A DNA stretch of 64,000 nt from the NCBI GenBank assembly GCA_951406725.2, contig OX597820.1, positions 72,850,001-72,914,000 of the forward strand. Direction: 5' to 3'. Both the position numbers and the translations under genes were made by a program. This document shows, piece by piece, positions 37,335-52,175 of the stretch. Position 1 is the stretch's first letter. Each line of letters opens with the position of its first letter. The notes beneath the pieces are model-generated. The model searched no databases and had not been told where the DNA came from. It saw nothing but the letters and a program-made list of their open reading frames with translations. The DNA is from Octopus vulgaris (Eukaryota).

Positions 37335-38785
37335 TTCTATGTCTCTCTCTTTAGCCTCTCTCTCTCCCTGAATCTTTCAGAAGAAGAAAAAAACAAAAAA
37401 AGTAAAGTAACCCCGAAAAGCACAGTTTTCATTGTCATTCGTAGTCAGAGGAGTTTCGTGTCATCTACTGACAATTGCACTGTTTGGTATTTAGCCTGTA
37501 GACAGGAAAACTGTTTATTAGCTAAAATATACACAAGAGAAGAAAATTAGCTTTAATGAATTCTCGTGACTCAATATTCAGCGCGTCTCGCTCGATATAG
37601 GACAGAATGGTGAATTACCATCTGCGAAAGTTCAACGCTACTGTCATGATATCAAGAATAAATCTCCTTCACTTTAATACAAAACCCCTCTGCTAAAATA
37701 TCTCGTTCATTCATTGTACGGTCGGTCTCCTGTGCTGAATGGGAGAGAATCTTTGGACAGGAACTAAATCTTGCATTATTGATTTCATAGGATATTTTGG
37801 CACGGCTCCAAGTCAGTAGTAACGTTTTGATACAAGAAATTGCATCTGATTACTTTGCAACAGAAATAAAAACAGTTTATTTGTTCCGCCTGCCAAATAT
37901 TCCTTCATTATTAATGAGATTTGGTCGATTATTACTTAGCGTCGTTCTTTGCAAGGGATTTTCGCTAAATACGGTGCTATGTTTTTGGTTTTCAATCATC
38001 AGGACCAACACTCACCCATACAATCCAGCCTCTTTCTTTGTGTTATCGTTTAGCCCTCGGCTATTCCTAATTGGATAGACCTGCGATCAAAAGTATTCCA
38101 GCGATGACCATGAAATCATTTTAATTCTATCTTTTCTTCTTGCAAACACCTAATGATGCATTTATCCGTATGTCCGTTTTATATTTAAAGACAGTGAGTA
38201 ATTTGAAGGAAATCTGGCTGCTATTTCTAGGAGATCGAGTGACCACTAGCTGGTTCCTTCTCTTCCTATACAGGCGGTAATATTTAGCGAGATATATATT
38301 AAGTTTATGGCAGTATCGTAAAAGAAAGTTAAAGATAGCGTTGTTGCTTTCTCAACGAAGTGGGATGAATAATTTATAAGTGAGGTCATGACAGGACGCT
38401 GTGGGGTCAAACAAGTTGTCACTCATTTCTAGTTCCATAGAAATACACGACCCACCGACCTTTTTTTCTGCGCTGAATAATTAGGAAGTGATCAGTAGTA
38501 AAACGAAAGGTTATATTTCATTTGTCAGTTTAACTGAGCATATCATACTGGTTTAGGGAAAAACAGAACACACAAGAAAGCTGAGAAGCTTCAACAATAA
38601 CGGCAGCCAAAACAGTGAAAATAGAACTCATAAACAGTCTTTTAAACGCCTCATTCAGTGACTACTGCTTATCAACGTTGTAAATCCAACAAAAGAGTCA
38701 TCTACGTGGTCTTTCAATCTGCTAGAAACAGTAGCCAAATCTCTTCCTTCTATCTCTTTCTTAAATCATAGTATATTGTCTAACA

Positions 38786-39034
38786 CAGTGTTTCTCAGAT
38801 TATTATTATTTTTTTTTTAACTATGGACCCCTTCAATTCCTATTTTACTTGGGCGGTCCCTTGTAGCTATTCGATGTTTTAAAAACCCTGTTGTGTTTTT
38901 ATGATTAAATATTATGAGGAATTATACCAAAAAAAAAAATTGCTAAAATATGTTGTGCATCGTAGAATTATAAGCAATTTAATGCGCATAAAAAGCAAAA
39001 AAATCTTACATGGACCTGGTTGGGAGTCCCACTG
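38786..39034. mobile_element. hAT (Charlie-like) MITE
   Basis: CAGTG...CACTG termini; 8-bp TSD gtctaaca (38778-38785) and gtctaaga (39035-39042). Confidence 0.75.
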
Positions 39035-39785
39035 GTCTAAGAAAAGAATAATGTGAGCGTGAGTTCCTAATACATAGCCTTTAAATCCTTAAAGCAAAAT
39101 GAACTTCACTAATGGAATCGTAGTCAGAAGAGTTTCTGTTAGAAGAAAAATGTAAGTTGGGAGATTTCGTAAAACCGAACAGCATTTCTTTTCCATATGA
39201 GCTAATCCGGAAGAGGGCGAAGAGAAAAATCATACAATTCTGCTTATAAAAAGACTGATGCGGACTAAATTTTTCATCATGTCAAATTGTACACATGGCT
39301 CTCCAAAATAGATTAGGATAGGTTCTTTAAATTGAGAAACAACGCAAGTCATGGGCTGTACCTTTGAAAATGAAGACTCAGTCACAACACAAGCTGAAAT
39401 TATTAGACATATTTCTGACTGTAGATTTGCCCTTCAATTCACGAGTCAAAGATACACAAAGTTGCAGTAACAGGAAACCACGTATTCATGGGCTAATTGT
39501 GAAATTAAAATTTTCTTTGTTTTGCATCGCAGCACGAGAGAGTGGTCAAAGCATGGTTAACGAAAGGTGACATGTGGTCAGTGGGCGTCAAAATAAATTT
39601 ACAACTTATCGTGGCATTCGAAGTGCGCAGAGGCAAACCGGAAGTGGGCCTAATAAAAAAAAGCGTAGAAACCAAAGAACATGAGATTAAATAATACATC
39701 TCAGAAAAAGTATTTGCTACATTTGGCGGAGTAAAAAATGTCGCAGACGGGAAAGTTTGAGTAAAATCAAGATAAACGAAAAGTA

Positions 39786-40846
39786 ATCCTTTCTACTGAT
39801 GGTACAATGCCTGAAAATTTGGGAAAGGGGATTAAGTCGATTACATCGACCCCAGTGTTTCACTGATGCTTAATTTATCGTTCCCGAAAGGATGAAAGGC
39901 AAAGTCGACCACGGTGAAATTTGAACTCAGAACGTAATAGCAGACGAAATACCCATTTCTTTACTACCCACAAGGGGCTAAACACAGAGAGGACAAACAA
40001 GGACAGACAACCGGATTAAGTCGATTATATCGATCCCAGTGCGTAACTGGTACTTATTTAATCGACCCCGAAAGGATGAAAGGCAAATTCGACCTCGGCG
40101 GAATTTGAACTCAGAACGTAGCAGCTGATGAAATACCGCTAAGCATTTCGCCCGGCGTGCTAACGATTTTACCAGCTCGCCGCCGTATAATGATTTCAAA
40201 TTTTGCCACAAGGGCAACAGTTCTGAGGGGATGGGAGGAATCGGTTACATCGACTTTGGTACTCATCTGGTACTTATTTTATCGACTCTGGAAAAATGAA
40301 AAGAAAGTCGACCTCGGCGGAATTTGAACTCAGAACGTAAAAACGGACGAAATGTCATTAAGTATTTGTCCGGCATGCTAACGATTCTGCAAGCTCGCTA
40401 TCTTCAGATAAACGAAAAATAACGAAAATCAACAGCACCAACAAAAGAAGAAAACACACCAGTTTCTTTTCTTTTCTTTTTTTTGTTTTTGTTTTTTGCG
40501 AGGTGAATAGGGTGCCAGCCAAAACTCTGGGGATGGCAAATGAAACCACATGGTTGCAAAGCGAGCTCCCTAACCACACAGCTGTTGGAAAGAAACATTT
40601 TATCACATTATCTCTAACTGCCTTCTCTTATACTTTTCTACTTTAGGCACAAGGGCCCGAAACTTTGAGGGAGGGGACCAATCGATTAGGTCGACTCTAG
40701 TACGCAACTGGTACTTAATTTATCGACCCCGAAAGGATGAAAGGCAAAATCGACCACAGCGTAATTTGAACTCAGAACGTAAAGACAGACGAAATACTGC
40801 TAAGCATTTCGCCCGGTTTGCTAATGATCCTGCCAGCCTGCCGCCT
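39786..40846 (-). mobile_element. SINE family 2 cluster: dimer 39786-40185, monomers ~40195-40400 and ~40634-40846
   Basis: Same core and head; Tx1-like tail junction at 39952/39953. Confidence 0.82.
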
Positions 40847-41663
40847 TTAGAGCCGTTATTACAAAGATGGCGAAGACGGCGAGCTGTTTCTCTTATTAGC
40901 AAAGAAAGAATACATTTACCTTCTCCAAGTATGGTAGAGATGGGTGACGAATTTCCGTAATAGGTGAATTACAACAACATAATGAAATATATCAAGTGAA
41001 ATGCGACGATGTAAACACAAGTTAGGAAAGGTATCAGCGAATGATAAAACGACTGCACTTCGGGATATGCTATTCTGTGTAGACGTGGAGATTAGGCTAA
41101 TCAGCCGGATATTGATGTCAAAAGAGACCAAGAAAAGAGGTACCGCCCAAATGGAGTATCAGTTTCAACAGATGATATGGTAACTCTAGAAGAAAAGTCA
41201 AGCTATCCAAATATAAAGCTCTAGAAATAGAGAAAACCAGAATATGGCAATTGAAAACTGATATAATCCCTGATATAAGTTAACCGATAACCGACGCTCT
41301 GTTTGTAGCTATTTGTTTGCTAATTTAATTTAATTTTCTGCCTTTATATTCGTCTCTCCGATTGCACAAACAAAATTTTTCTGATTTTTTTTGATTTGTG
41401 CACCTTTTACTGACAACAAATTTATAACACATAAGCTTACGGGGCTTTATGTCTATTCTGTAGATATAAATGAATATATGAATATATGTATGTGTTTGAG
41501 ATCTTTCTGTGGATTTTGTAGTGCTCTTGTAGTTGCTGCTCGCGTTGCCTCCCCTCGGATTAAAAAGTGTATACAGCTCATTTGAGCACTGCTATTCCAG
41601 TCTGTTATATATTTTGAGCGTTGTTGTCACTAACGATCTCAAGATATAACTTCATATTTTGTA

Positions 41664-41726
<63 letters not shown>

Positions 41727-41829
41727 CATACAATAGAGAGATGTTTTTGTTTCACTTTTAACACGTAATACTGAAATAGTGGAGAAGATATGATATTGCT
41801 GTGGGCTCGCTCTAGGCAAGAAGTTTTTT

Positions 41830-41963
41830 TTTGCCAATGACACTACATGGACCCTAAGTAAGGCATGTGTAAAATTTGAATGACATTGGTTGCGTAGTTC
41901 TCAAGTTTTAGGGAAACACACAGACAGACAGACACACATTCTCAGTTTTATATATATATAGAG
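41830..41963 (-). mobile_element. Helitron-like 5' end fragment
   Basis: Reverse complement TCTATATATATATAAAACTGAGAATGTGTGTCTGTCTGTCTG, the layout typical of non-autonomous Helitron 5' ends. Confidence 0.45.
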
Positions 41964-43027
41964 ATATATATATGTGTTCGGTGCGAATGGTTAATATATA
42001 TATAACAATTTAATAAATAAAACATATGCATATTTAGTGATAAATAAAACATATGCATACATATATGTACATACCTACATCTATATGTATATATACATGC
42101 ATATATGGGTACAGGACACCACAAATAAACGTAGAACACAACGAGAAACGAAAACATAAAAACAAAACAAGGAAACGGACTTTTTTTAACAAGGAAAAAA
42201 AAATACAAGACATAGATAGATAGATAGATAGATAGATAGAGAGATAGAGAGATAGAGAGATGCATGTGTGTGTGTGTGTGCGTGTGTGTGTATGTCTGTG
42301 CATATATGTTTCTGTTTCTGTTTGCCATCACTTCTTGACAACGGGTATTGGTTTGTTTATGTCCTTGAGATGTAGCGGTTCGGCAAAAGAGACAGACAGC
42401 ATAAGTATAAGATTTAAAAAAGAAAAAAAGTTCTGGGGTTCATAAGTTTAACTAGATCTTTCAAGGCGGTCCCTCAGCACGAGAGCAGTACATTGAATGA
42501 AAAATAAAAAAAAAGGATATCCACAAAAGCCTGCTCATACCCGTTGCACGGTGGGATTTGAACTGAGAACATAAAGGAAATGACAAGAAACCTTTTGTTC
42601 GATGTGCAATCGATTCTGCCAGCTCGTCGCTTTAACACAGTATCAGAAGAGGCAAAAGTACAGATTCCCAACATCATATTATGCTTGACTTTTTTAGTGA
42701 TATTAATAAATGTTAGTTTATTTACTATAATGAAGAAAACCACAACATATATATATGTGTGTGGGGGTGCGTGTGCGCGCGCGCGCGCGTGTGTGTGTGT
42801 GTATATATATATATATGTATGTATGTATTTGCATATATATAGTTATATATATGTATATATATGTATATTATATATATATATGTATATATATGTATATTTA
42901 TATATATATATACATATATATATGTATTTATATGCATATATATATGTATATATATATATATACATATATATATGTATATGTATGCATATATATATGTATA
43001 TATATATATATACATATATATATAACG

Positions 43028-43069
<42 letters not shown>

Positions 43070-43076
<7 letters not shown>

Positions 43077-44517
43077 AATAAAATATATGCATATATATAA
43101 ACATATATGTACGTACCTACCTCTACATGTACATATACACGCATATATGTGTACAGGACACCAAAAGGACGTCGAACACATAGAGAGACGAAAAACATAG
43201 ACACAAACCAAGGAACAAGACAAGCAAAAAAAGGAAATACAGGACAATAAGCACAACGAAAAATCCCCTTCTTCAGTCGCTAAAGTTTCATCTACTAAAC
43301 GTTTCGAAGGATAAAAGCGAGACGTATACTTCGAATGAAAAATTCCTTCCCGCGAAAAGCAAATCAATTAAAATTCTGAGATCTTGTCGCAGAGGGGTAA
43401 AAAAAAAGGCAAGACGGTAACGACAGTACAAACATATAAACAGTAAAAAATATATATATAAACAGTGGAAAAATAAATATATAACAGTGAGAGACAGGAC
43501 AAGGAGAACAAGATAAGAAGGGCTGTTAACGCCAGACGAAAAAAGTATTGCAAACGCTGGATTATAGTGGACGACGAGAGAGGAAGATGTCGACCAGTGG
43601 CCTTAGAAGGCAGGCGAAAAAGGACGGGATAGCAGTTACGACGGAAGTACGTCGCAGATGGACGACGGGAATGGGGGAGGAGGAGCAAGAGGAAGAGAGA
43701 GAAGAAGGGGAATGGTGCGAGGAGACCATGAAGAACAGTGAGGGGGAGAGAGAGAGGAAGAGACAAGTTAAGTGAGGGAAAAAAGACGAAAAAGGGAATG
43801 GGAGAGAAAGAAAGAAAGATGCAGAGTCGCGTGAGAGTTAATATCAAGGCGAACTTGATAAACAGAACAATCTTACTTAATAGGGTGCGTGCGTTTAGTC
43901 GTATAATATGTTAATAAAATATATGCATATATATAAACATATATGTACGTACCTACCTCTACATGTACATATACACGCATATATGTGTACAGGACACCAA
44001 AAGGACGTCGAACACATAGAGAGACGAAAAACATAGACACAAACCAAGGAACAAGACAAGCAAAAAAAGGAAATACAGGACAATAAGCACAACGAAAAAT
44101 CCCCTTCTTCAGTCGCTAAAGTTTCATCTACTAAACGTTTCGAAGGATAAAAGCGAGACGTATACTTCGAATGAAAAATTCCTTCCCGCGAAAAGCAAAT
44201 CAATTAAAATTCTGAGATCTTGTCGCAGAGGGGTAAAAAAAAAAAAGGCAAGACGGTAACGACAGTACAAACATATAAACAGTAAAAAATATATATATAA
44301 ACAGTGGAAAAATAAATATATAACAGTGAGAGACAGGACAAGGAGAACAAGATAAGAAGGGCTGTTAACGCCAGACGAAAAAAGTATTGCAAACGCTGGA
44401 TTATAGTGGACGACGAGAGAGGAAGATGTCGACCAGTGGCCTTAGAAGGCAGGCGAAAAAGGACGGGATAGCAGTTACGACGGAAGTACGTCGCAGATGG
44501 ACGACGGGAATGGGGGA
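43070..44517 (-). repeat. ~610-bp near-identical direct repeat (43070-43678 / 43906-44517) of a (TA)n-associated, Penelope-like dispersed family
   Basis: The only difference I noticed is one A-run length; related sequence at ~42010-42210, ~48490-49140 and in reverse at ~6250-6420 and ~61715-61860. Confidence 0.75.
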
Positions 44518-44536
44518 TACATATATATATATATAC

Positions 44537-44610
<74 letters not shown>

Positions 44611-44622
44611 ATACATATATAT

Positions 44623-44676
<54 letters not shown>

Positions 44677-44844
44677 GAATATATATAACTTAGAATAACT
44701 TAGAAAGGTTTTGGCCAGTATTGGCCCAGGCCATGTCTAACTTAATAGCACCACCTGGCGACGTCTTTCAGTTCAGGATTTGGGCACCAAGGCCCATTCG
44801 AGAAGAGAGTTATTGTTTGCAGAGACATATCCTGGTGTGGGTGG

Positions 44845-44915
<71 letters not shown>

Positions 44916-45752
44916 TATATATATATATATACATATACACGAACACACACACACACATATATACATATATATATGATATAATATGATATAACAACGCATA
45001 TACACAAATATAAACAGCTTATCCACAAGGGGGAATAATATAGTACAATGAACCAGTTTTAAGTGACATGTCTCATTTTGTATCTGTGGCACCAGCTTTG
45101 TTGTATCACATGTACAATATCTACATGTATACTAGGAAGAAATGTTATAGATTTTCATAGATTGTCATCTCACTTCTTCTGTCAGTTAACTACTGTCAAC
45201 ATTTATTCTCTCTCTCTCTCTACCGTTCCCTGTTTATTATTTGTGTATATCTATCTTTATCTCGCCAGTTCTTTCGCTTGTATTTTGACCCAACTTCGTC
45301 CATCATCTTCGCTTACCATATCCCATTGTAATGTCTTCTTAATCAACTGTCAACTTTCAATTCGTTTCCTAAGACGACATTCTCACAAAATCATTCCCCC
45401 CACCATTTTTGTTTTTCCTTTCCGGCAAAAATCCCTTTTTCCCTCCATAAGCTCCCGACTTCCCAGTCACCCTTCCACCTATCACCTCAGCAAAGTCAAC
45501 TGATAATAGGCGATAATGATTACTTCAGGGCAGACTGTCATCTCTCTCTTCCTCCCCCTCTTTCTCTCTCTCTCTCTCTCTCTCGCACACATTCTTACAA
45601 TCATATAATTTACATGCTCATTTACATACACACACATACGCCTATGTTTACATAAAAGCGCATACATAGGCATCGATGTACAAATACATAGACACACGAC
45701 AAGAACATCCATCACCAATGCATGGACACATGGACAAGTTCATGCAAATGCT

Positions 45753-45794
<42 letters not shown>

Positions 45795-45849
45795 GGTGTG
45801 TGTATGTGTGTGTGTGTCGGTGTGTGTATGTGTGTTTGTGCGTGCGCAT

Positions 45850-46105
45850 GGAAGGCACGTGGGTTAGAGATTCAGGTGATGTACTCATGATCGTAAGATT
45901 GTGATTTCGATTCCTGGACCGGGCGCTGGATTCTGTTCTTGAGCAAGACACTTCTTTTCACGTTGCCCCGGTCCACTCAACTGGCAAACAAACGTCATCC
46001 TGCGACTGAGGGACAGGGCGTCTCGTCCAGGGCAGAGGTTGGAGGGATATATACGCCACGGAATCCGAATACTGGCCATATGAGCCTATGGTTCGGGAAG
46101 AATCT
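45850..46105 (+). mobile_element. SINE family 3-related copy, degenerate
   Basis: ttcgattcctggaccgggcg...gttcttgagcaagacacttc...cacgttgc; 3' part resembles 59410-59480 reversed. Confidence 0.55.
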
Positions 46106-46112
46106 TTCATTG

Positions 46113-46155
<43 letters not shown>

Positions 46156-46353
46156 TAATCCAAACAAGAAAACACAAAAAAACACAGCAACGCGAGGACG
46201 TGGAACAAATAAAGTATTATTGGACGCTCAGGAAAGAAGGGAAGAAGGAGGGTTTAACGTTTCGAGCGGAGCTCTTCGTCGGAAACAAAGGAGAAGGAAA
46301 GATCCCGAGAAGGGAAGACAGAGGAAAAAAATTGCTGGCGGTGCTCACGAGGT

Positions 46354-46407
<54 letters not shown>

Positions 46408-46429
46408 TATAATATATATATATAATATA

Positions 46430-46504
<75 letters not shown>

Positions 46505-46719
46505 CATATATAATATATATAGACATATATATATGTATATATATACTATACATATATAAAGACATGTATACATATAATATACTTATCTAGACATATATAT
46601 AATATACATATATAATATATTGGACATATATTTATATATATATAGGCGTGTGTGTATATATGTATATATATATATACATATATAATATATATAGACATAT
46701 ATATGTCTATATATATATT

Positions 46720-46817
<98 letters not shown>

Positions 46818-46822
46818 TATAT

Positions 46823-46925
<103 letters not shown>

Positions 46926-47034
46926 TTGCAAGATTTTTGATGTGAAATCGTGTGTTGAAACAGATATTGTTGTATTTAGGAATGGTTATTTTGCCAGTTT
47001 AGCCAATAATATATATATATACATGTATATATAC

Positions 47035-47160
47035 TGCTTCCCAACCACATGGTTCCGGGTTCAGTCCCACTGCATAGCACCTTGGGCAAGTGTCTTCTTC
47101 TATAGCCACACAAAGCTTTGTGAGTGGATTTGGTGGATGGAAGCTAAAAGAAGCCCGTCG

Positions 47161-47162
<2 letters not shown>
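47035..47162 (+). mobile_element. SINE family 1 fragment
   Basis: tgcttcccaaccacatggttccgggttcagtcccactgcatagcaccttgggcaagtg. Confidence 0.8.
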
Positions 47163-47217
<55 letters not shown>

Positions 47218-47220
47218 GTT

Positions 47221-48431
47221 TAATCTAACTTGTAAAGGTTTATAGGTTTTATTAATTGACATTTTTACGGTTCAGATTCCATATGTGACCGCTTAATCCT
47301 GCCATGTAAAAAAGCAGCCTTGGAACTGTCTGTGAGTCATTCTGAAGGTGGATATAGTCAGCGTAAAATCGAAGAAAACCTCTGGATCCCGCTTTCTACA
47401 GTTAGTGTAATTGTGCAATTTACCAGAGAGGGGAAGGTGTCCACATCACCTTGTCTAGATCAACCAGGGGCCTCTGACAGGACCCTTCTCTTTCCTTAGA
47501 GAAATATGGAGGATAATCCTCGTTGCAAGTTGATGTCAGTCAGCAGAGCAAGTTGATGTCAGTCCCAGAACAGGTATCTCAACAACAGGTATCTCTACAG
47601 GTTACTTTGGCAGAGCAGGTATCTCTACAAATACTATAGCAGGTATCTCTACAAATTACTATAGCAGAACAGCAAGAAGGAAGCCACTTCTTCGACCAGC
47701 CAATATGAAACGGAGAAAAGATTGGGCCAGTGAGATGGTGGAAAGGCCATTAGCATTCTGGGACAATGTCTCATTCTCTGATGAGGCCGGATTTCCTGTA
47801 TTTCCTAACTGGTCGAGTGTGGGTCTGGAGACTCTGTGATCAAGAATTTGATGTGAAAAGATTGCAACCAGCAATGAACACAGCGGCTATTCTGTGATAG
47901 TCTGGGGGGCAATTTGGACCAACGGTTGATCAGAGCTGGTGGAGTGTGAGGGAAAGATAAACTCAAATAAATATGTGTCTATATTGCAGAAAGGACCCTT
48001 TCCAATCTTCTCCAGTGATGAAATGATTAATGAAGACTCTCTATTTATGGAAGATGGGATTTCTTGTCACACGGTTAAAGTGACCCAAGATTTCTTGGAA
48101 TAGAATGGCATTAGAAAGCTTCCATAGCCAAGCCAGTCACCAGATATGAACCCTATAGAACACCTCAGGACATTTCATGAACAGAACAAGAAAGCATCTT
48201 CAAAGCCAGATCTTTTAAGATTATTGCATGAAACTTAGCAAGAAGTTCCGCAAGAGAATATTCCTTATATGATCAGTAACATGCTTAATAGGGTCCTTGC
48301 ATTGAAAAATGCAAAGGGCATGTCTACTAAATATTAAATGTTCACATTATAACAACTAAGAAATAATTTGAATGTATAATTTCAGATTTAAATAAATTTT
48401 AATGATTATAAGGGTGTCTACTTCTTTTATA

Positions 48432-48435
<4 letters not shown>
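47221..48435 (+). pseudogene. Decayed Tc1-family (DD34E) transposon
   Basis: Fragments [18 protein letters not shown] (HTH), WDNVSFSDEAGF, SVIVWGAIW, FMEDGISCHT, PSQSPDMNPIEHL, AKGMSTKY*; ends ...CTG-TA. Confidence 0.85.
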
Positions 48436-48475
<40 letters not shown>

Positions 48476-49160
48476 TATATAAACTGTTCTGGGAGAAGAA
48501 GAAACGAAATGAATCGAATCGACGCGAGGGCGCTCAGTCATACAATAGTGTAATAAATAAAATATATGCATACATACATACATATATGTACGTACCTACA
48601 TCTACATGTATATATACATGCACATATAAATATATATACGTGAGTACAGGACACCACAAATAGACGTAGAACTCATCGAGAAACGAAAACGTAAAAACAA
48701 GCATGGAACGGACCTTTTTTTTAACAACGAAAAAACAGGGTACAAGACAAACTACACAAGGAAAAATCCCCTTCATCAGCTGTCCCTAGTTCAACTCCAG
48801 CGTGTTTCGAAGGTAGGACAGAACACGACTCGTCGACTAGCCCTTCCTGCGAAGAAATTAAAGAAAATTACTTCGCAGAGGGGTAAAAACAAGGAAAGAA
48901 CAAAATGTGACACAAACAGGACGTAAAAACGATATAAATAAAATTACAAAATAAAATACAAAATAAAAATACAATTACAAAAAAATACAATACAAGAAAT
49001 AAAAACAAACAAGAAAACAAACAAAGAGGGCCTTTTTTGCCTAGACGAGGAGATATTCAAGGAGCGCAAGAAAACCGTGTGTTAGAAGGCCGCATGCAAA
49101 GGAAGTATTTGGCCGGCTGTGAGAGAGATGAGGAGGAGTGAGATATATATATATATATAT

Positions 49161-49373
49161 ATCGTTGCTATTATGTTAACCTCTCGTATGTCCAAATTTG
49201 ACCAAATGCATTTTCTTTCAATCTTTATTTTTGCTTGCGATAGCAGATGGCAGGATATCAAAAATTGTCAAAGTGTAGTACAACGGTTTTGCAATGCAAT
49301 GGTGAAACTATTTTTTCGGTTTCTGAAAAAGCAACGTTTTGGACTTACGACACTTTCGCATAATAGCAACGAT
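49161..49373. mobile_element. Small TIR element in (TA)n
   Basis: atcgttgctattatg ... cataatagcaacgat perfect inverted termini. Confidence 0.7.
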
Positions 49374-49415
49374 ATATATATATACAAACAGTTAAATCGA
49401 AGGATATTAAAGTGA

Positions 49416-49501
49416 AGACCCTGAAGAACCTGTACCGGTGTTACAGTAAGTCTGCAATTGCAACGGTTACTAATCGTAGCTGTAGAAACATGTGTAGGTC
49501 T
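49416..49501 (+). ncRNA. Candidate hammerhead ribozyme (stem II base disrupted)
   Basis: agacc-CTGAAGA-...tacag...ctgta-GAAA-CATGT-GTA-ggtct; perfect 5-bp stem I. Confidence 0.5.
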
Positions 49502-49520
49502 AATTGAAACTCTCTATATA

Positions 49521-49728
49521 TTCTTTTATTCTTTTATTGGTTTCAGTCATTTGACTGCAGCCATGCTGGAGCACCGCCTTTAGTCGAACAAATCGATCGC
49601 AGGACTTATTCTTTGTAAGCTTAGTCATTATTCTATAGGTATCTTTTGCCGAACTGCTAAGTTACGGAGACGTAAACACATCAACAACGGTTGCCGAGCG
49701 ATGGTGAGGGTGACAAACACAGACACAC

Positions 49729-49768
<40 letters not shown>

Positions 49769-49938
49769 TATATATATAAACGATGGGCTTCTTTCAGTTT
49801 CCGTCTACCAAATCCACTCACAAGTCTTTGGTCGGCCCGAGGCTATTGTAGAAGACCCTTACCCAAGATACCGAGCAGTGGGACTGAACCCCGAACCATG
49901 TAGTTGAAAAGCAAGCTTCTTACCACACAGCCACGCCT
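49521..49938 (-). mobile_element. SINE family 1 full copy
   Basis: Collinear with 53172-53590 in reverse. Confidence 0.88.
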
Positions 49939-50182
49939 AAAAAATTAAAGGTAATGCTGATACTACTTCGTAATAATCCTAATTATTATTATTGCTATAT
50001 ATACATACATGCATACATACATGCATACATACATACATACATACATATATACATACATACATACATACAAACATACATACATACATACATACATAGATAC
50101 ATACATACATACATACATACATACATACATACATACATACATACATACATACATACATACATACATACATACATACATACAT

Positions 50183-50591
<409 letters not shown>

Positions 50592-51044
50592 TTCTCATAT
50601 ATATTTCAACTCGTGTATTCCTTTTCAATCTTCTACACACACACGCATATATATATTTGTATGCTTATTTCGAGTCGGCATAGCTATACTAATAACCTGG
50701 TGTTAAAACTCAACATACACATGCTTCAGAAAAAATCGTCAACCGAATACAGAGCATAATAATATTAATAAGATTAATAGCAGTTAGGGGAACAGGAAAT
50801 TATGTAATGAACTGCCTTAGCTTACAGTCGTTTCTTCAGTGCTTGTGTATCAGCTTATAGCTTCGTCGGAGCTTCATAAATATATAAACAGCTTGTGCCT
50901 GTCTTTCAATGAAGACATAATAACCGAATTACTTCAAATTTCATCTTATTTAACTAAAAAAAACCATTCACGCTGAAATACGATTTAACTCTTACCATCA
51001 TAGGTCTGTTCAAGAGATTAGTAACAACATTAGAAACACTAACG

Positions 51045-51609
51045 ATACCACTGCCGCCATTACTACCACCACCACCACCACAACAACAACAACAAACACC
51101 AATTATGCCGTCGCTCCCTACCACCACTACAACCACCACCACCATCACACTTCCTACCACCACAACCACTGCCCCACAACCTCCACCCTACCATCACCAC
51201 CACCACTACCACCACCCTACCCCTACCACTACCACCACCTCCACCGTCACCGCCGCCGCCGCCGCCACCGCCACCACCACCACCGCCACCACCAACGACA
51301 ACAACCATCAGTACCACCATCATCACCAACAATGACAAGATCACTACTTTCACTAACGTCATTACTACTGCTCCCCCCCATGGACACCCATTAAGAACAA
51401 CAACACACCAACAACAACACTGTTAAATACAACAACAACAACAACAGCAATGCGACCGCCATCACCACCACTACTAACTGCAACATTCACTACCAGCATC
51501 GCTTACAAGAACACCCATTTACATCACCACCACCACCACCACCGCTGTCATCACATTCATCATCACCATCACCGGCCTCAGCAACGGCATTAACACCACT
51601 ACCACAACC

Positions 51610-51641
<32 letters not shown>

Positions 51642-51690
51642 CGACAATAACAGCATCCTCACCACCATCATCTCCACCATCAACAAGATC
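51045..51690. repeat. (CAC/CAA/CAT)n low-complexity tract
   Basis: Direct reading. Confidence 0.9.
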
Positions 51691-52175
51691 TTACCGTTTG
51701 AAATTATTCCCATCTCACTCCACCCATCCATTCACACACACACAAGAAAAAAACCGGAAAAATCATTGATCGGGTGACAGTCCAATTATCTTTTCATTTC
51801 ATTCTTTTAGAGAAGTTTGACAGCGTCGTCGGACAATTCTAGGGTGTGGAGGGTCGAACCAAGGCAAGAACTCCTGAACTTCTCTATGTTCTGCTCAAAA
51901 TAGCAGCCAAATATACTTCAAATCACACAAAACCATCGTAAATAAGGGACATTTTGGTTAAAGCATTTTACTACCCGACAAATTAAGATGGAGGATCATG
52001 GTTGGAATGTCTGTAATGATAGTTCTGCTCAACAGGAGTTATATTAAGGCTAAACAATAGTTTATACTAAATTCTCGAGCAAGACATGGACGACTCGTGT
52101 CACTGGATAGTTTGAAATTATGAACCAAAGCTCACCCTGTTCTAACTTTTTAGACTGGACACATTAGGCAATGTA

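Noticed and set aside
39364-41183. Possible host exon or promoter (CCGGAAGT at ~39638, AAGATGGCG at ~40864)
   Set aside because: Isolated short motifs expected by chance; no convincing splice-bounded coding frame.
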